From contig JAUCBJ010001179.1 of assembly GCA_032718475.1 (NCBI GenBank), positions 62,001 through 126,000 of the forward strand: 64,000 bases of DNA. The letters are read 5' to 3'. Positions 42,631 through 54,827 of the stretch are shown here, piece after piece; the first letter of the stretch is position 1; every line of letters starts with the position of its first letter. The position numbers were made by a program, and so were the translations under genes. Origin of the DNA: Nemertoderma westbladi. Lineage: Eukaryota > Animalia > Xenacoelomorpha. Under the pieces are notes generated by a model, which was given only the letters and a program-made list of their open reading frames with translations, was not told where the DNA came from and did not search any database.

Positions 42631-43248
42631 ACTGTTCAATTTATTTTATAACGCTCTATAATCTTTTATTAAATAATTGAGCAATAAATAAGTACAGTAG
42701 TGTTACAAAATAAATTGAACTGTAGTATTTTACTATATTGCTTCCATAGTTACTGCAATTCAATTTACTGTACTCTTCAACTCCTGATACCGCCTTTCTC
42801 AATGTTAAATAAATTAGTGTTATCGAATATTTATTACGTAACTAGAGAGCCTCTTAACAATATAAACTAATATTGGATATGGAGTTCCGTTATGGAATTC
42901 GCCTTGCAGACACTAAATTTGCAATAACTTTTGAGTGTTTAAATGGATTTTGCTCAAATTACTTGCAAACCTTTTCTACTTCAGTGCCCTTTTAATACTT
43001 GCAACAAAATATAACAAATTCCACAAATGATTTTATTTTACATTTTTCGCTGTGAAAAACTAAAATCAATGCAATGATACTTTTTTTCCCTATAGGAAAA
43101 AAGTGCAACTTTTTCTCCCGATATTGGGGTAAATTCAAGTGAAAATGTAACAATTTAAGAATAAAAACTGTAAGGTTTTCGTATCCACGGAATCGACCTA
43201 AATTGAACTAAAATCAGCCAGATGTCCGTCCATTAACTACATATATTT

Positions 43249-43254
43249 TTTAAT
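43249..43254 (-). terminator. Candidate polyadenylation signal ATTAAA in the MPDZ 3' UTR (an AATAAA also lies near 43032-43037)
   Basis: Hexamer about 165 nt after the stop codon; AT-rich context makes chance occurrence likely. Confidence 0.3.
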
Positions 43255-43419
43255 AATCGGTATGAAATAATTACAAAAGGTAATAAAGCTAACAAAATAA
43301 TAAATATACAAACTAGATAAATAAATACTGTATCACAACACAATTCCGCCTCTTTCTTCAAGTCTTGCTGTTTATGGTAACCAGCTGACGGCGGCCAGAC
43401 AATTCTTAGGTAACCATAA

Positions 43420-43687
43420 TTAGCTCCGGACCAACAACCTAACAGTTCCTCTTAGTCTCTTCAACAATCGGACCACTTTATCATGGCCCATCCCGTGTAG
43501 ACTCTTCCCGTTAACCGCGAGTATCTGGTTCCCCCGTCTCAATCTACCGTCGTCCACTGCCGCCCCCTTCGCGTAGACTGTCTTTACGTAGATAGGGAGG
43601 TTACCATGGGGACTGCCGTAACCGCCCACAATAGAGAATCCCAGACCCTGGGAACCCCGCTGGAGAGTTACCGTGGTAACCAAATCA
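43420..43687 (-). CDS. MPDZ: MPDZ-like terminal coding exon H: C-terminal PDZ domain (native copy)
   Basis: CTTTTATTTTCAG acceptor (phase 2), TAA stop; GLGFSIVGGYGSPHGNLPIYVKTVYAKGAA closely matches the last PDZ of MPDZ/PATJ as recalled. Confidence 0.95.
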
Positions 43688-43808
43688 CTGAAAATAAAAG
43701 TTAGTTAGATTATATTTGATTTAACGAAAACTACAGAACCTAAAAGGTTATTAAGACCAAAATGTTGCGATCAGTGACGATCTGATAAAAAAAAGAAATT
43801 CAACTGAC

Positions 43809-43896
43809 CCAGAATTTAACTGTTCGTGTTGTTTCTCAATATTGTCCAACTCCATCGTATCTTGACTTGACTGACTAACTTCTGTTGTTTTTGATT
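43809..43896 (-). CDS. MPDZ: MPDZ-like exon G: short linker (ESKTTEVSQSSQDTMELDNIEKQHEQLNSG)
   Basis: TTTCATTTCGCAG acceptor (phase 1), GG|GTCAGT donor (phase 2); bridges the phases of exons F and H exactly. Confidence 0.82.
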
Positions 43897-44308
43897 CTGC
43901 GAAATGAAATAGAAACAAATAAAATAGTCATCTAGAAATTCACTCAACTTCTTAGGAAGCCAACCACTTACACGAAATTATAAAGAAAGTCAACTAAATG
44001 AATACTGGATATAAACAAATAACTATGTATATGACTTATTGCTGTTTGTATTACGTGTGTGTGTGTATGCCGAGTGTTTGTGGCTGTGGCATAGCGCGGC
44101 CTTCCAGTAAGTAGGCCGAGTTAATATACAATTAATTTACATTTTAGAATGATAATCAACTAATAAACAAACAGCTGTGAAGCAGCACTACAAACTCGGA
44201 TCGATTACTTTTTCCGTCGGCTGATAACGCGCAATTACTGTGAAATGTTTAACAATTTAGGATTCATTGAGTCAGCAAACATAAATAAATATTTAACATA
44301 TAATAAAC

Positions 44309-44539
44309 CTGAAGGTAGGCCTGTTGGTGATTCCTCTTTGTAGTATTCCTTGGCGTAATCCTGATACAGTCTCTCAAAGTCTCCCTTGTAAACAACATCC
44401 TCAGGGTCGGCCTCACTGACAGCACCACTACCATCGGCGTTGGCTTCCCCATCCAATGGACTGTCTACAGACCCAGACAGGTCGAGCTGCAGAGACGGGG
44501 GGGTTCCACGGTTTATGGCACCAAGTTCAGCCATGGAAT
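44309..44539 (-). CDS. MPDZ: MPDZ-like exon F: acidic linker (DSMAELGAINRGTPPSLQLDL...EESPTGLPS)
   Basis: CACACAG acceptor, CAG|GTTTAT donor, 231 nt, phase 1-1, open frame. Confidence 0.8.
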
Positions 44540-44584
44540 CTGTGTGATAAAGATAACAATATTGTTTTGGGAAAAATCAACTTA

Positions 44585-47500
44585 TCAGCTACACCCACCA
44601 ACTAATCACTACCAGCGACACCTACCCACTAATCGCTACCAGCTATACCCACCAACTAATCCCCACCAGCTACACCCACCAACTAATCCCTACCAGCTAT
44701 ACCCACAAAGTAATCCCTACCAGCGACACCTACCAACTAATCCCTACCAGCTACACCAACCAACTAATAATCCCAACCAGCTACACCCACCAACAAATCC
44801 CTACCAGCTACACCCACCAACTAATCCCCACCAGCTACACCCACCAACTAATCCCTACCAGCTATACCCACCAACTAATCCCTACCAGCGACACCTACCC
44901 ACTAATCGCTACCAGCTATACCCACCAACTAATCCCCACCAGCTACACCCACCAACTAATCCCTACCAGCTATACCCACCAACTAATCCTCACCAGCTAC
45001 ACCCACCAACTAATCCCTACCAACTACACCCACCAACTAATCCCTACCAGCTACACCAACCACAGCAACTAATAATCCCTACCAGCTACACCCACCAACT
45101 AATAATCCCTACCAGCTACACCCACCAACTAATCACTACCAGCTACACCCACCAACTAATCCCTATCAGCTACACCTACCCACTAATCCCTACCAGCTAC
45201 ACCCACCAACTAATTCCTACCAGCTACACCAACCAACTAATAATCCCTACGAGCTACACCCACCAACTAATAATCCCTACCAGCTACACCCACCAACTAA
45301 TCCCTACCAGCTACACCCACCAACTAATCCTTACCAGCTACACCCACCAACGAATCCCTACCCGCTACACCCACAAACTAATAACTACCAGCTACACCCA
45401 CCAACTAATCCTTACCAGCTACACCCACCCACTAATCCCTACCAGCTATACCCACCAACTAATCCCTACCAGCGACACCTACCCACTAATCGCTACCAGC
45501 TATACCCACCAACTAATCCCCACCAGCTACACCCACCAACTAATCCCTACCAGCTATACCCACCAACTAATCCCCACCAGCTACACCCACCAACTAATCC
45601 CTACCAACTACACCCACCAACTAATCCCTACCAGCTACACCCACCAACTAATCCCTACCAGCTATACCCACAAAGTAATCCCTACCAGCGACACCTACCA
45701 ACTAATCCCTACCAGCTACACCAACCAACTAATAATCCCAACCAGCTACACCCACCAACAAATCCCTACCAGCTACACCCACCAACTAATCCCCACCAGC
45801 TACACCCACCAACTAATCCCTACCAGCTACACCCACCAACTAATTCCTACCAGCTACACCAACCAACTAATAATCCCTACGAGCTACACCCACCAACTAA
45901 TAATCCCTACCAGCTACACCCACCAACTAATCCCTACCAGCTACACCCACCAACTAATTCCTACCAGCTACACCAACCAACTAATAATCCCTACGAGCTA
46001 CACCCACCAACTAATAATCCCTACGAGCTACACCCACCAACTAATAATCCCTACCAGTTACACCCACCAACTAATCCCTACCAGCTACACCCACCAACTA
46101 ATCCTTACCAGCTACACCCACCAACGAATCCCTACCCGCTACACCCACCAACTAATAACTACCAGCTACACCCACCAACTAATCCTTACCAGCTACACCC
46201 ACCCACTAATCCCTACCAGCTACACCCACCAACTAATCCCTACCAGCTACACCAACCACAGCAACTAATAATCCCTACCAGCTACACCCACCAACTAATA
46301 ATCCCTACCAGCTACACCCACCAACTAATCACTACCAGCTACACCCACCAACTAATCCCTATCAGCTACACCTACCCACTAATCCCTACCAGCTACACCC
46401 ACCAACTAATTCCTACCAGCTACACCAACCAACTAATAATCCCTACGAGCTACACCCACCAACTAATAATCCCTACCAGCTACACCCACCAACTAATCCC
46501 TACCAGCTACACCCACCAACGAATCCCTACCCGCTACACCCACCAACTAATAACTACTAGCTACACCCACCAACTAATCCTTACCAGCTACACCCACCCA
46601 CTAATCCCTACCAGCTACACCCACCCACTAATCCCTACCAGCTACACCCACCCACTAATCCCTACCAGCTACACCCACCGACTAATTCCTATCAGCTACC
46701 CACCAACTAATAACTACCAGCTTCACCCACCAACTAATCCCTACCAGCTACACCCACCAACTAATCCCTACCAGCTACACCCACCAACTAATAACTACCA
46801 GCTACACCCACCAACTAATTCCTACCAGCTACAACCTCCAACTAATCCCTACCAGCTACACCCACCAACTAATCCCTACCAGCTACACCCACCAATTAAT
46901 CCCTACCAGCTACACCCACCAACTAATCCCTACCAGCTATACCCACCCACTAAACCCTACCAGCTACACCCAGCAACTAATCCCTACCAGCTACACCAAC
47001 CAACTAATAATTCCTACCAGCTATACCCACCCAATAATCCCTACCAGCTACACGAACCGACTAATAATCCCTACTAGCTACACCCACCAACTAATAATCC
47101 CTACCAGCTACACCCACCAACTAATTCCTACCAGCTACACCCACCAACTAATCCCTATCAGCTACACCCACCAACTAATCCCTACCAGCTACACCAACCA
47201 ACTAATAATCCCTACCAGCTACACCCACCAACTAATCCCTACCAGCTACACCCACCAACTAATACCTACCAGCTACACCCACCAACTAATCCCTACCAGC
47301 TACACCAACCAACTAATAATCCCTACCAGCTATACCCACCCAATAAACCCTACCAGCTACACCCACCAACTAATCCCTACCAGCTACACCCACCAACTAA
47401 TAACTACCAGCTACACCCACCAACTAATCCCTTCCAGCTACACCCACCAACTAATCCCTACCAGCTACACCCACCAACGAATCCCTACCCGCTACACCCA

Positions 47501-49765
47501 CCAACTAATCCCTACTAGCTACACCAACCAACTAATAATCCCTACCAGCTACATCCACCAACTAATCCCTATCAGCTACACCCACCAACTAATCCCTACC
47601 AGCTACACCAACCAACTAATCCCTACCAGCTAGACCCACCAACGAATCCCTACCAGCTACACCCACCAACTAATCCCTACCAGCTACACCAACCAACTAA
47701 TCCCTACCAGCTAGACCCACCAACTAATCCCTACCAGCTACACCAACCAACTAATAATCCCTACCAGCTACACCCACCAACTAATCCCTACCAGCTACAC
47801 CCACCAACTAATACCTACCAGCTACACCCACCAACTAATCCCTACCAGCTACACCAACCAACTAATAATCCCTACCAGCTATACCCACCCAATAAACCCT
47901 ACCAGCTACACCCACCAACTAATCCCTACCAGCTACACCCACCAACTAATCCCTACCAGCTACACCCACCAACTAATCCCTATCAGCTACACCCACCAAC
48001 TAATCCCTACCAGCTACACCAACCAACTAATAATCCCTACCAGCTACACCAACCAACTAATAATCCCTACCAGCTACACCCACCAACTAATCCCTATCAG
48101 CTACACCCACCAACTAATCCCTACCAGCTACACCAACCAACTAATCCCTACCAGCTAGACCCACCAACTAATAACTACCAGCTACACCCACCAACTAATC
48201 CCTTCCAGCTACACCCACCAACTAATCCCTACCAGCTACACCCACCAACTAATCCCTACTAGCTACACCAACCAACTAATAATCCCTACCAGCTACACCC
48301 ACCAACTAATCCCTATCAGCTACACCCACCAACTAATCCCTACCAGCTACACCAACCAACTAATCCCTACCAGCTAGACCCACCAACGAATCCCTACCAG
48401 CTACACCCACCAACTAATCCCTACCAGCTTCACCCACCAACTAATCCCTATCAGCTACACCCACCAACTAATGCCAACCAGCTACACCAACCAACTAATA
48501 ATCCCTACCAGCTACACCCACCAACTAATCCCTACCAGCTACACCCACCAACTAATCCCTACCAGCTACACCCACCAACTAATCCCTACCAGCTACACCA
48601 ACCAACTAATAATCCCTACCAGCTATACCCAACCAATAAACCCTACCAGCTACACCCACCAACTAATCCCTACCAGCTACACCCACCAACTAATAACTAC
48701 CAGCTACACCCACCAACTAATCCCTACCAGCTACACCAACCAACTAATAATCCCTACCAGCTATACCCACCCAATAAACCCTACCAGCTACACCCACCAA
48801 CTAATCCCTACCAGCTACACCCACCAACTAATCCCTTCCAGCTACACCCACCAACTAATCCCTACCAGCTACACCAACCAACTAATAATCCCTACCAGCT
48901 ATACCCACCCAATAAACCCTACCAGCTACACCCACGAACTAAGATTCCCTACCAGCTACACCCACCAACTAATCCCTATCAGCTACACCCACCAACTAAT
49001 CCCTACCAGCTACACCAACCAACTAATAATCCCAACCAGCTACACCCGCCAACTAATAATCCCTACCAGCTACATCCACCCACTAATCCCTACCAGCTAC
49101 ACCCACCAACTAATCCCTACCAGCGACACCCACCAACTAATCCCTACCAACTACATCCACCAACGAATCCCTACCAGCTACACCCACCAACGAATCCCTA
49201 TCAGCTACACCCACCAACTAATCCCTACCAGCTACACCCACCAACTAATCCCTACCAGCTACACCCACCAACTAATCCCTACCAGCTACACCAACCAACT
49301 AATAATCCCTACCAGCTACACCCACCAACTAATCCCTACCAGCTACACCCACCAACTAATCCCTATCAGCTACACCCACCAACTAATCCCTTCCAGCTAC
49401 ACCAACCAACTAATAATCCCTACCAGCTACACCCACCAACTAATCCCTACCAGCTACACCCACCAACTAATACCTACCAGCTACACCCACCAACTAATCC
49501 CTACCAGCTACACCCACCAACTAATCCCTACCAGCTACACCCACCAACTAATCCCTACCAACTACATCCACCAACGAATCCCTACCAGCTACACCCACCA
49601 ACGAATCCCTATCAGCTACACCCACCAACTAATCCCTACCAGCTACACCCACCAACTAATCCCTACCAGCTACACTCACCAACTAATCCCTACCAGCTAC
49701 ACCCACCAACTAATCCCTACCAGCTACATCCACCAACTAATCCCTCTAATCCGCCAACTTACTCA
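44585..49765. repeat. Intronic 27-bp (30-bp variant) minisatellite, about 5.2 kb
   Basis: Unit ctaccagctacacccaccaactaatcc; fills nearly all of intron E-F. Confidence 0.97.
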
Positions 49766-49766
49766 C

Positions 49767-50012
49767 CTCCGTCTCCATTCTCCCCATCGCTTGTATGGAT
49801 AGAATAGGTTTTATTGGTTTTATCTTCTGTGCTCATATTATCCTCATTAATTTCAACTTGAACATAATTTGAATCGCCGGCCAACTGCTCCTCATTGCCG
49901 GCATGGCTCTGACTATCAGTGCTTGTCTCCATAACAACATCAGTATCGTGCAGATCAGAAACATCTTCTTTAACTCCTCCGGTTAGATCCTGCCATGTGA
50001 TGTCACTGAGAG
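49767..50012 (-). CDS. MPDZ: MPDZ-like exon E: acidic linker
   Basis: TATTTTAG acceptor, G|GTGAGT donor, 246 nt, phase 1-1, open frame (inside ORF 49759..50070). Confidence 0.8.
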
Positions 50013-51049
50013 CTAAAATATAGGAATTTATTAATCGCTTAATATTTATCCATTTTCCTAATTTGTACATTCAATTCACCCTCCCTCCTATAACCCAGTT
50101 GGCCTGTAAAGCAACGTTACCTCTGTGAGTGAACGGGACTACCGAAGAATATATGATGGGACTTTACCGAAGAATAATGGAAATCAACATTATTATTGCT
50201 TTAATATTTATAGAACTTATTTCTATCTATATACATATATTATCCATGGATCCCTGTAAGCTTGAACGTCTTTTCTCTTCAACGTTTTTTCATTTCCTCC
50301 ACTTTTTCTCAAAAAATATATTAAATTCTAAATTGATTAAAGTTATTTAACCTTATCTAAGTTTTTTTTGTATTTGGAAATAATGTATAACTTCTATGTT
50401 AATACACAACTATTTTGCAATGGCAATGACACACCCCCACCCCCCCCCCCCCCCCCCTTCCTTATCCCACCGTCCTTAAATCCTCAATTATTTAATCAAA
50501 TCGAATGAAGCTATTTAATCTAATATTCTTAGGTGGGTAGTAAACTACTAGCGCAATCTATCATACTATACTCCTACCACTAACTATATAATACTATACC
50601 ACACTATAATACTAGACCTATTATGACCGGTTGCATTTTATGGTGATCCCCAACTTTTTTTAAATTGTTTTGGAATGTATATTTTTGTTGAATTTAGAGG
50701 AAATAAATAAAATAATTTAATTGAACATGAAACATCGGCGGCAACCCCGCGACGCCTTCTCTCTCTTGACAATTACCTGTAACTCTCAGGTGGGGCCACT
50801 CTAACTCCCAAGTTTGAACACTCAATATATATCCAACCGTTACCGTAGTAGAAGCACAATTCCCATATCGCGCACCAGTTACGAGATTGTAACTCAACTT
50901 CCTCGGCGCAGGATTAAACAGTAGATCTCCCACATAAGGAGAAAAGAATAACACTTTACTAGAAGTGCTTATTTCCTTATCCGCTGTAGTCCCCCAACCT
51001 TCTCCCTTCATGAACTCTGTGCCTGTAGTTATGACCCTATAACTATAAC

Positions 51050-51452
51050 TTCCCCTATACCTTCCCCTCCTCTAACTTACCCCCTATTGTTTCCCCTGTA
51101 CCTCCCCCCTTTCCCCTAACTTACCCCGTGTTGTTTCCCCTGTACCTTTCCCCTAACCCACCCCCTAGTGTTTCCCCTGTACTTCACCCCTTCCCCTAAC
51201 TTACCCCCTATTATTGCCCCTATTCCCTCCCCCCTTCCCCTAACTTACCCCCTATTGTTTCCCCTGTACCTCCCCCCTTTCCCCTAACTTACCCCGTGTT
51301 GTTTCCCCTGTACCTTTCCCCTAACACACCCCCTAAGTGTTTCCCCTGTACCTCACCCCTTCCCCTAACTTACCCCCTATTGTTGCCCCTATTCCCTCCC
51401 CCTTTCCCATAACTTACCCCCTGTTGTTGCCCCTGTTCCTTCCTCTTCCCCT
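51050..51452. repeat. Roughly 40-45 bp C-rich (sense G-rich) minisatellite overlapping the exon D donor
   Basis: Unit about tcccctaacttaccccctattgtttcccctgtacctccccctt; aacttacc occurs 7 times including the real donor. Confidence 0.88.
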
Positions 51453-51586
51453 TCTGTCTCTCCATAATCGAATGGCGACGCAACTCTCAGTTCGAGTTTT
51501 GTTTTCGTTTTCATTAACTCTATAATACTTCCCTGGTCTAATCCGTCTAATGGCTCTTTATTTACTGAAAGAACTCGATCACCAAC
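51418..51586 (-). CDS. MPDZ: MPDZ-like exon D: penultimate PDZ, C-half (VGDRVLSVNKEPLDGL...LELRVASPFDYGETEGEEEGTGATTG)
   Basis: TTTTTCAAG acceptor (phase 0), G|GTAAGT donor (phase 1); VGDRVLSVN PDZ motif. Confidence 0.87.
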
Positions 51587-51922
51587 CTTGAAAAATAAAA
51601 ATATTACAGCTTTTATTTTTATATATTTGTGTGACCCGTTCAAAATCATAACAAGCGCGAATCGCTCCTAGGTCCACGTCTACTAACGCATGAACTGTCT
51701 CCCGAATGTATGAATTTGCTCTAGAAACTGCGCCATGTGAAGCCTTATACATCTAAAATTTAAGTGGAAATGAATAACAACAACACCAACAATGGTATGA
51801 ATACTAGAGGTCTCGAAACGCGGACCTAAAAAAACCGACCGAATCGAAACAAAGGCCTATTTTTGCGTTTACCTTTTTTTTTACACAACTACATGTAGTT
51901 TTCACGAATAATAATTTCCAAC

Positions 51923-52051
51923 CTTGAGTTTAGTCGTCTGAGAGGCTAGACCCCCGGGTACAATGTAAGTGATGTAAACGGCCCCATCGTCAACCAATTC
52001 GGAACCTTTCCCTCCGGCTATACTGAACCCTAAAGACTGCTCTGGTTGAAC
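51923..52051 (-). CDS. MPDZ: MPDZ-like exon C: penultimate PDZ, N-half (VQPEQSLGFSIAGGKGSELVDDGAVYITYIVPGGLASQTTKLK)
   Basis: TTTCTGTAG acceptor, AAG|GTTGGA donor, 129 nt, phase 0-0; SLGFSIAGG carboxylate-binding loop. Confidence 0.9.
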
Positions 52052-52563
52052 CTACAGAAAAATAGTTGTATTTTTATAATATCAATAAAATCTATGTTGA
52101 ATAAATTCTGGGAAGAGCTGAGTGTTGGCTTATTACTATGCAGTTTGGCGCGGGACAAATGGCCAATTCTGTTTGTCCGTTTCTCTGTGTCAGTCCGTCT
52201 GTCTGCCTAAACGAACCGTCTGTTTGTAAAATTTGATGTTTAAAAGTGATACAGATAATTCGGAACCGGTATGTAAATATAAATATTAATTCGATAATAT
52301 TGTGCGTGAATCATAGATAGTTACCGAAAGTGATGTTTTATTAGTCTGTCGTATTTTTCTGATATGACGGATAAGTTAAAAAGAAGCTCTAAACTATCTA
52401 ATAAATGATTCATATTAACAAATTAATTAAGTCCAACCAATAAATCATATTCAGAACCTGTATAACAGTAATTAATATTGGTTGAATCATGGAGGCCACC
52501 AGTTCGATCCCACCTGGACGCCATTGCCGAATTTGCTAAGCTGTGTCCAACAAAAATTATTAC

Positions 52564-52798
52564 GGTGTCCGAACACAACCCCCCCCCCCCCCGTTCAAAT
52601 AGGACACTTCTCCCCGGACACTCCCCCCCCCCCCTCCCCCCCCGACTGTTCTTAATTTCGTACTTGACTAGATACAACCTGTCCTGTAACCATCTTTAAC
52701 TTTTGTTTATTGCTTTGATGCACCCAGATTAAGTTAACACTTTAACTGGGGGGGAACTGACCGGGGGGAAGTGTCCAGGGGGGTGGTGTCATAGAACC
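52564..52798. mobile_element. Degenerate MITE-like element with C-rich/G-rich inverted ends
   Basis: ggacacttctccccgg on the left and ccggggggaagtgtcc on the right; no clear target duplication. Confidence 0.4.
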
Positions 52799-53059
52799 AT
52801 TATAACATATAACAGTAATGGCATTTTGGAAACATATCTGAACCACCAATGTCTAGTATTGCGATTATGTAGCATCTATATTTCTGCATCATTCTTTCAG
52901 GTTTACATTTTATCACCCAATCTCCATTATAATTATTATTGTTTTAATATAATAGGCGGATCTCATTGCATGGCCCAACAAGGCACAGCGATGTATTTTA
53001 ATGTAACACAATGTAACACATTGAGTTGCGAGGAATCAATATGTCAAGGCAATATATGT

Positions 53060-53402
53060 TTTGAGTCGACTGACTGACAGGAAATAATTCCTGTATGATT
53101 ATTAGGGCTGAGCACAATGGCTGTAGATTGGCTGCTGTGGAACGACAATGACGCACATCAGGTGGTTCGACTGGGGAGAGTGCCATATTGCCTTCCTCCA
53201 GGACATCACCAGTTAGATCCACCTACTGGACGCCAAACTCATCTTTACCAAGGTGCGATGAATAGTGTTGTAGATAACACGGGGGTAAGGTAATCGCGGA
53301 TGACGTAGTAAGCAGGCTTAGCATACCGGTACCATCCGCACTACTGCAACCGTTGCCTAGTCGCCATCTAGCGGGGGACTGGAGAACTACTGAGTCTCCC
53401 CA
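53060..53402 (-). mobile_element. SINE-like element with RTE-type 3' tail (tentative)
   Basis: GC-richer island; minus-strand CCTGGAGGAAGGCAATATGGCACTCTCCCCAGT resembles the RTE/Bov-A 3' motif GGAGAAGGAAATGGCAACCCACTCCAGT as recalled. Confidence 0.35.
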
Positions 53403-53429
53403 CACAAATTATATTCCAGACTATTGACA

Positions 53430-53575
53430 GACTAAGTTTGGTTTCATTTCATCATCAAATATTGACTTGAGTTATTAGCCTTCAAACATTTGCCGACAGA
53501 TAGACAGATAAACGGTTGAAACATTGGTACCTACTCGTACGCTAAAGCTCGCTTTCTACGTCGCTCGCCCCACAA
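53430..53575 (+). mobile_element. Possible Helentron-associated (HINE/DINE-like) remnant
   Basis: Degenerate GACA microsatellite (gacagatagacaga) followed by gctcgctttctacgtcgctcgcc; pattern resemblance only. Confidence 0.25.
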
Positions 53576-54118
53576 ATAAAAATTAAGTCATATTTTTTTA
53601 CCAGTATAGTCTGGCATAAAAACAAATTGTTTTTCGATAAAATAATTCCTTAATATAACGGTGACCCGAAAGGTGCTACTCCCCGTTGAGGAATCAAACA
53701 GGGTATCCCCCATATTGGATGCAAAGAATAGCAAGAGATAGGTACTGGAATTACTAGACCAATGGGAAGCCTTCTTAGCGAGGTGATAATTAGAAAGAAA
53801 AACCGCTAATAAAATACGAAAATTAACATAACCATATACAACAAGCAATAGCAAAAAGTATTGTGTAGGTTAGTATGTAGTTTATTTCTTAATAAATTAA
53901 CAATCAAAATAAGGTTCATTACTCATAAATTGATTAATAGGTTACAAAATAAATTGAGCGAAACCATAGAAACTATAAGTGTGTAGAAACTTAAGTATCA
54001 TATAAATATTAATTATATAACATAAACCGAATTAATATTATAAACCAAATGGTTCGCACGAGAAGAAAAAATGTACTGAGTTAGACCTATTTAGGTTAGT
54101 AAATCAGATAGTTATTAG

Positions 54119-54250
54119 TGACGTCATAGTCTTATTGACGTCACGGGTATAGTTTGGAAGCTGTGTAAGTATGTAGGTGGCAGCAGCAATAAATAGTTCG
54201 ACAAATGGGATAACAAGGGAGCTGATTGCATCAATAACATTGTGACGTCA
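54119..54250. promoter_or_regulatory. Cluster of three perfect CRE palindromes (TGACGTCA)
   Basis: At 54119-54126, 54136-54143 and 54243-54250, with partial sites near 54352 and 54426. Confidence 0.4.
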
Positions 54251-54440
54251 CACAAGCACGAACAGATGCGTCACGAACAATTTGTCATCACGTCTTTCGT
54301 CTAGAAAAAAAAAACAAAAAAAAAGGTTTTAAACTTAATTAATTGTTCACTATGACGTGATGATAATATAACTTATTTAACCAAATAAATGAGTGTCAGA
54401 CAGATTAAACATCAATATGACAGACGACGTCATAGACACG

Positions 54441-54664
54441 CCCATGTGAAGAATACCAGGATTTCACTTTTCGGTCGACTTTTTTTTATTGGAATTTTAT
54501 ATATGAAGATTTTTTATTTTTTTTAATTTATCTTTTTTAAGTGTTTTATAGCGCTTATTTCTGTCTTATAACCTGTGCATATACTAAATCGTTTATTGTT
54601 TTGGTTAGATTCAGCCCTTCTGTAACCTGTGCTTTTGGTGAAAACCTGGTATTCTTCACATGGG
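54441..54664. mobile_element. Small MITE-like element with 27-bp inverted repeats
   Basis: cccatgtgaagaataccaggatttcac and gtgaaaacctggtattcttcacatggg (26/27 complementary); a third degenerate arm near 54699-54720. Confidence 0.6.
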
Positions 54665-54827
54665 GGTAACTGCGAAGTGAAATATAACGGCAGAAAGTCT
54701 GGTATTCTGCATATGGGCCCAAAGACAGACAACAAATTATAAGAAAAGACAAAGAAGGGTAAAACTACCAACCTTTATGAAATCAGTCGGTGACATAATA
54801 TTTGCAGTCGCAGCGACATTATTATGC

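Larger units (their letters stand above)
1..44505. repeat. Tandem segmental duplication array of at least 6 units (7-10 kb); junctions near 1608, 10314, 20584, 29531, 36802
   Basis: Same order of unique segments, satellites and MPDZ exons repeats head to tail; near-identical blocks at offsets about 10270 and 6754. Confidence 0.95.

Noticed and set aside
44544-49802. 574-aa and 443-aa plus-strand ORFs (PTSYTHQLI repeats)
   Set aside because: Translations of a 27-bp intronic minisatellite antisense to MPDZ; frame is broken by indels and there is no unique domain
51050-51420. CCCTAA motifs as an interstitial telomere
   Set aside because: Single hexamers inside a longer unit, never tandem
53330-53402. 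HDV-like ribozyme at the head of the SINE-like element
   Set aside because: Could not fit P1 and P2 pairings or the catalytic C by eye
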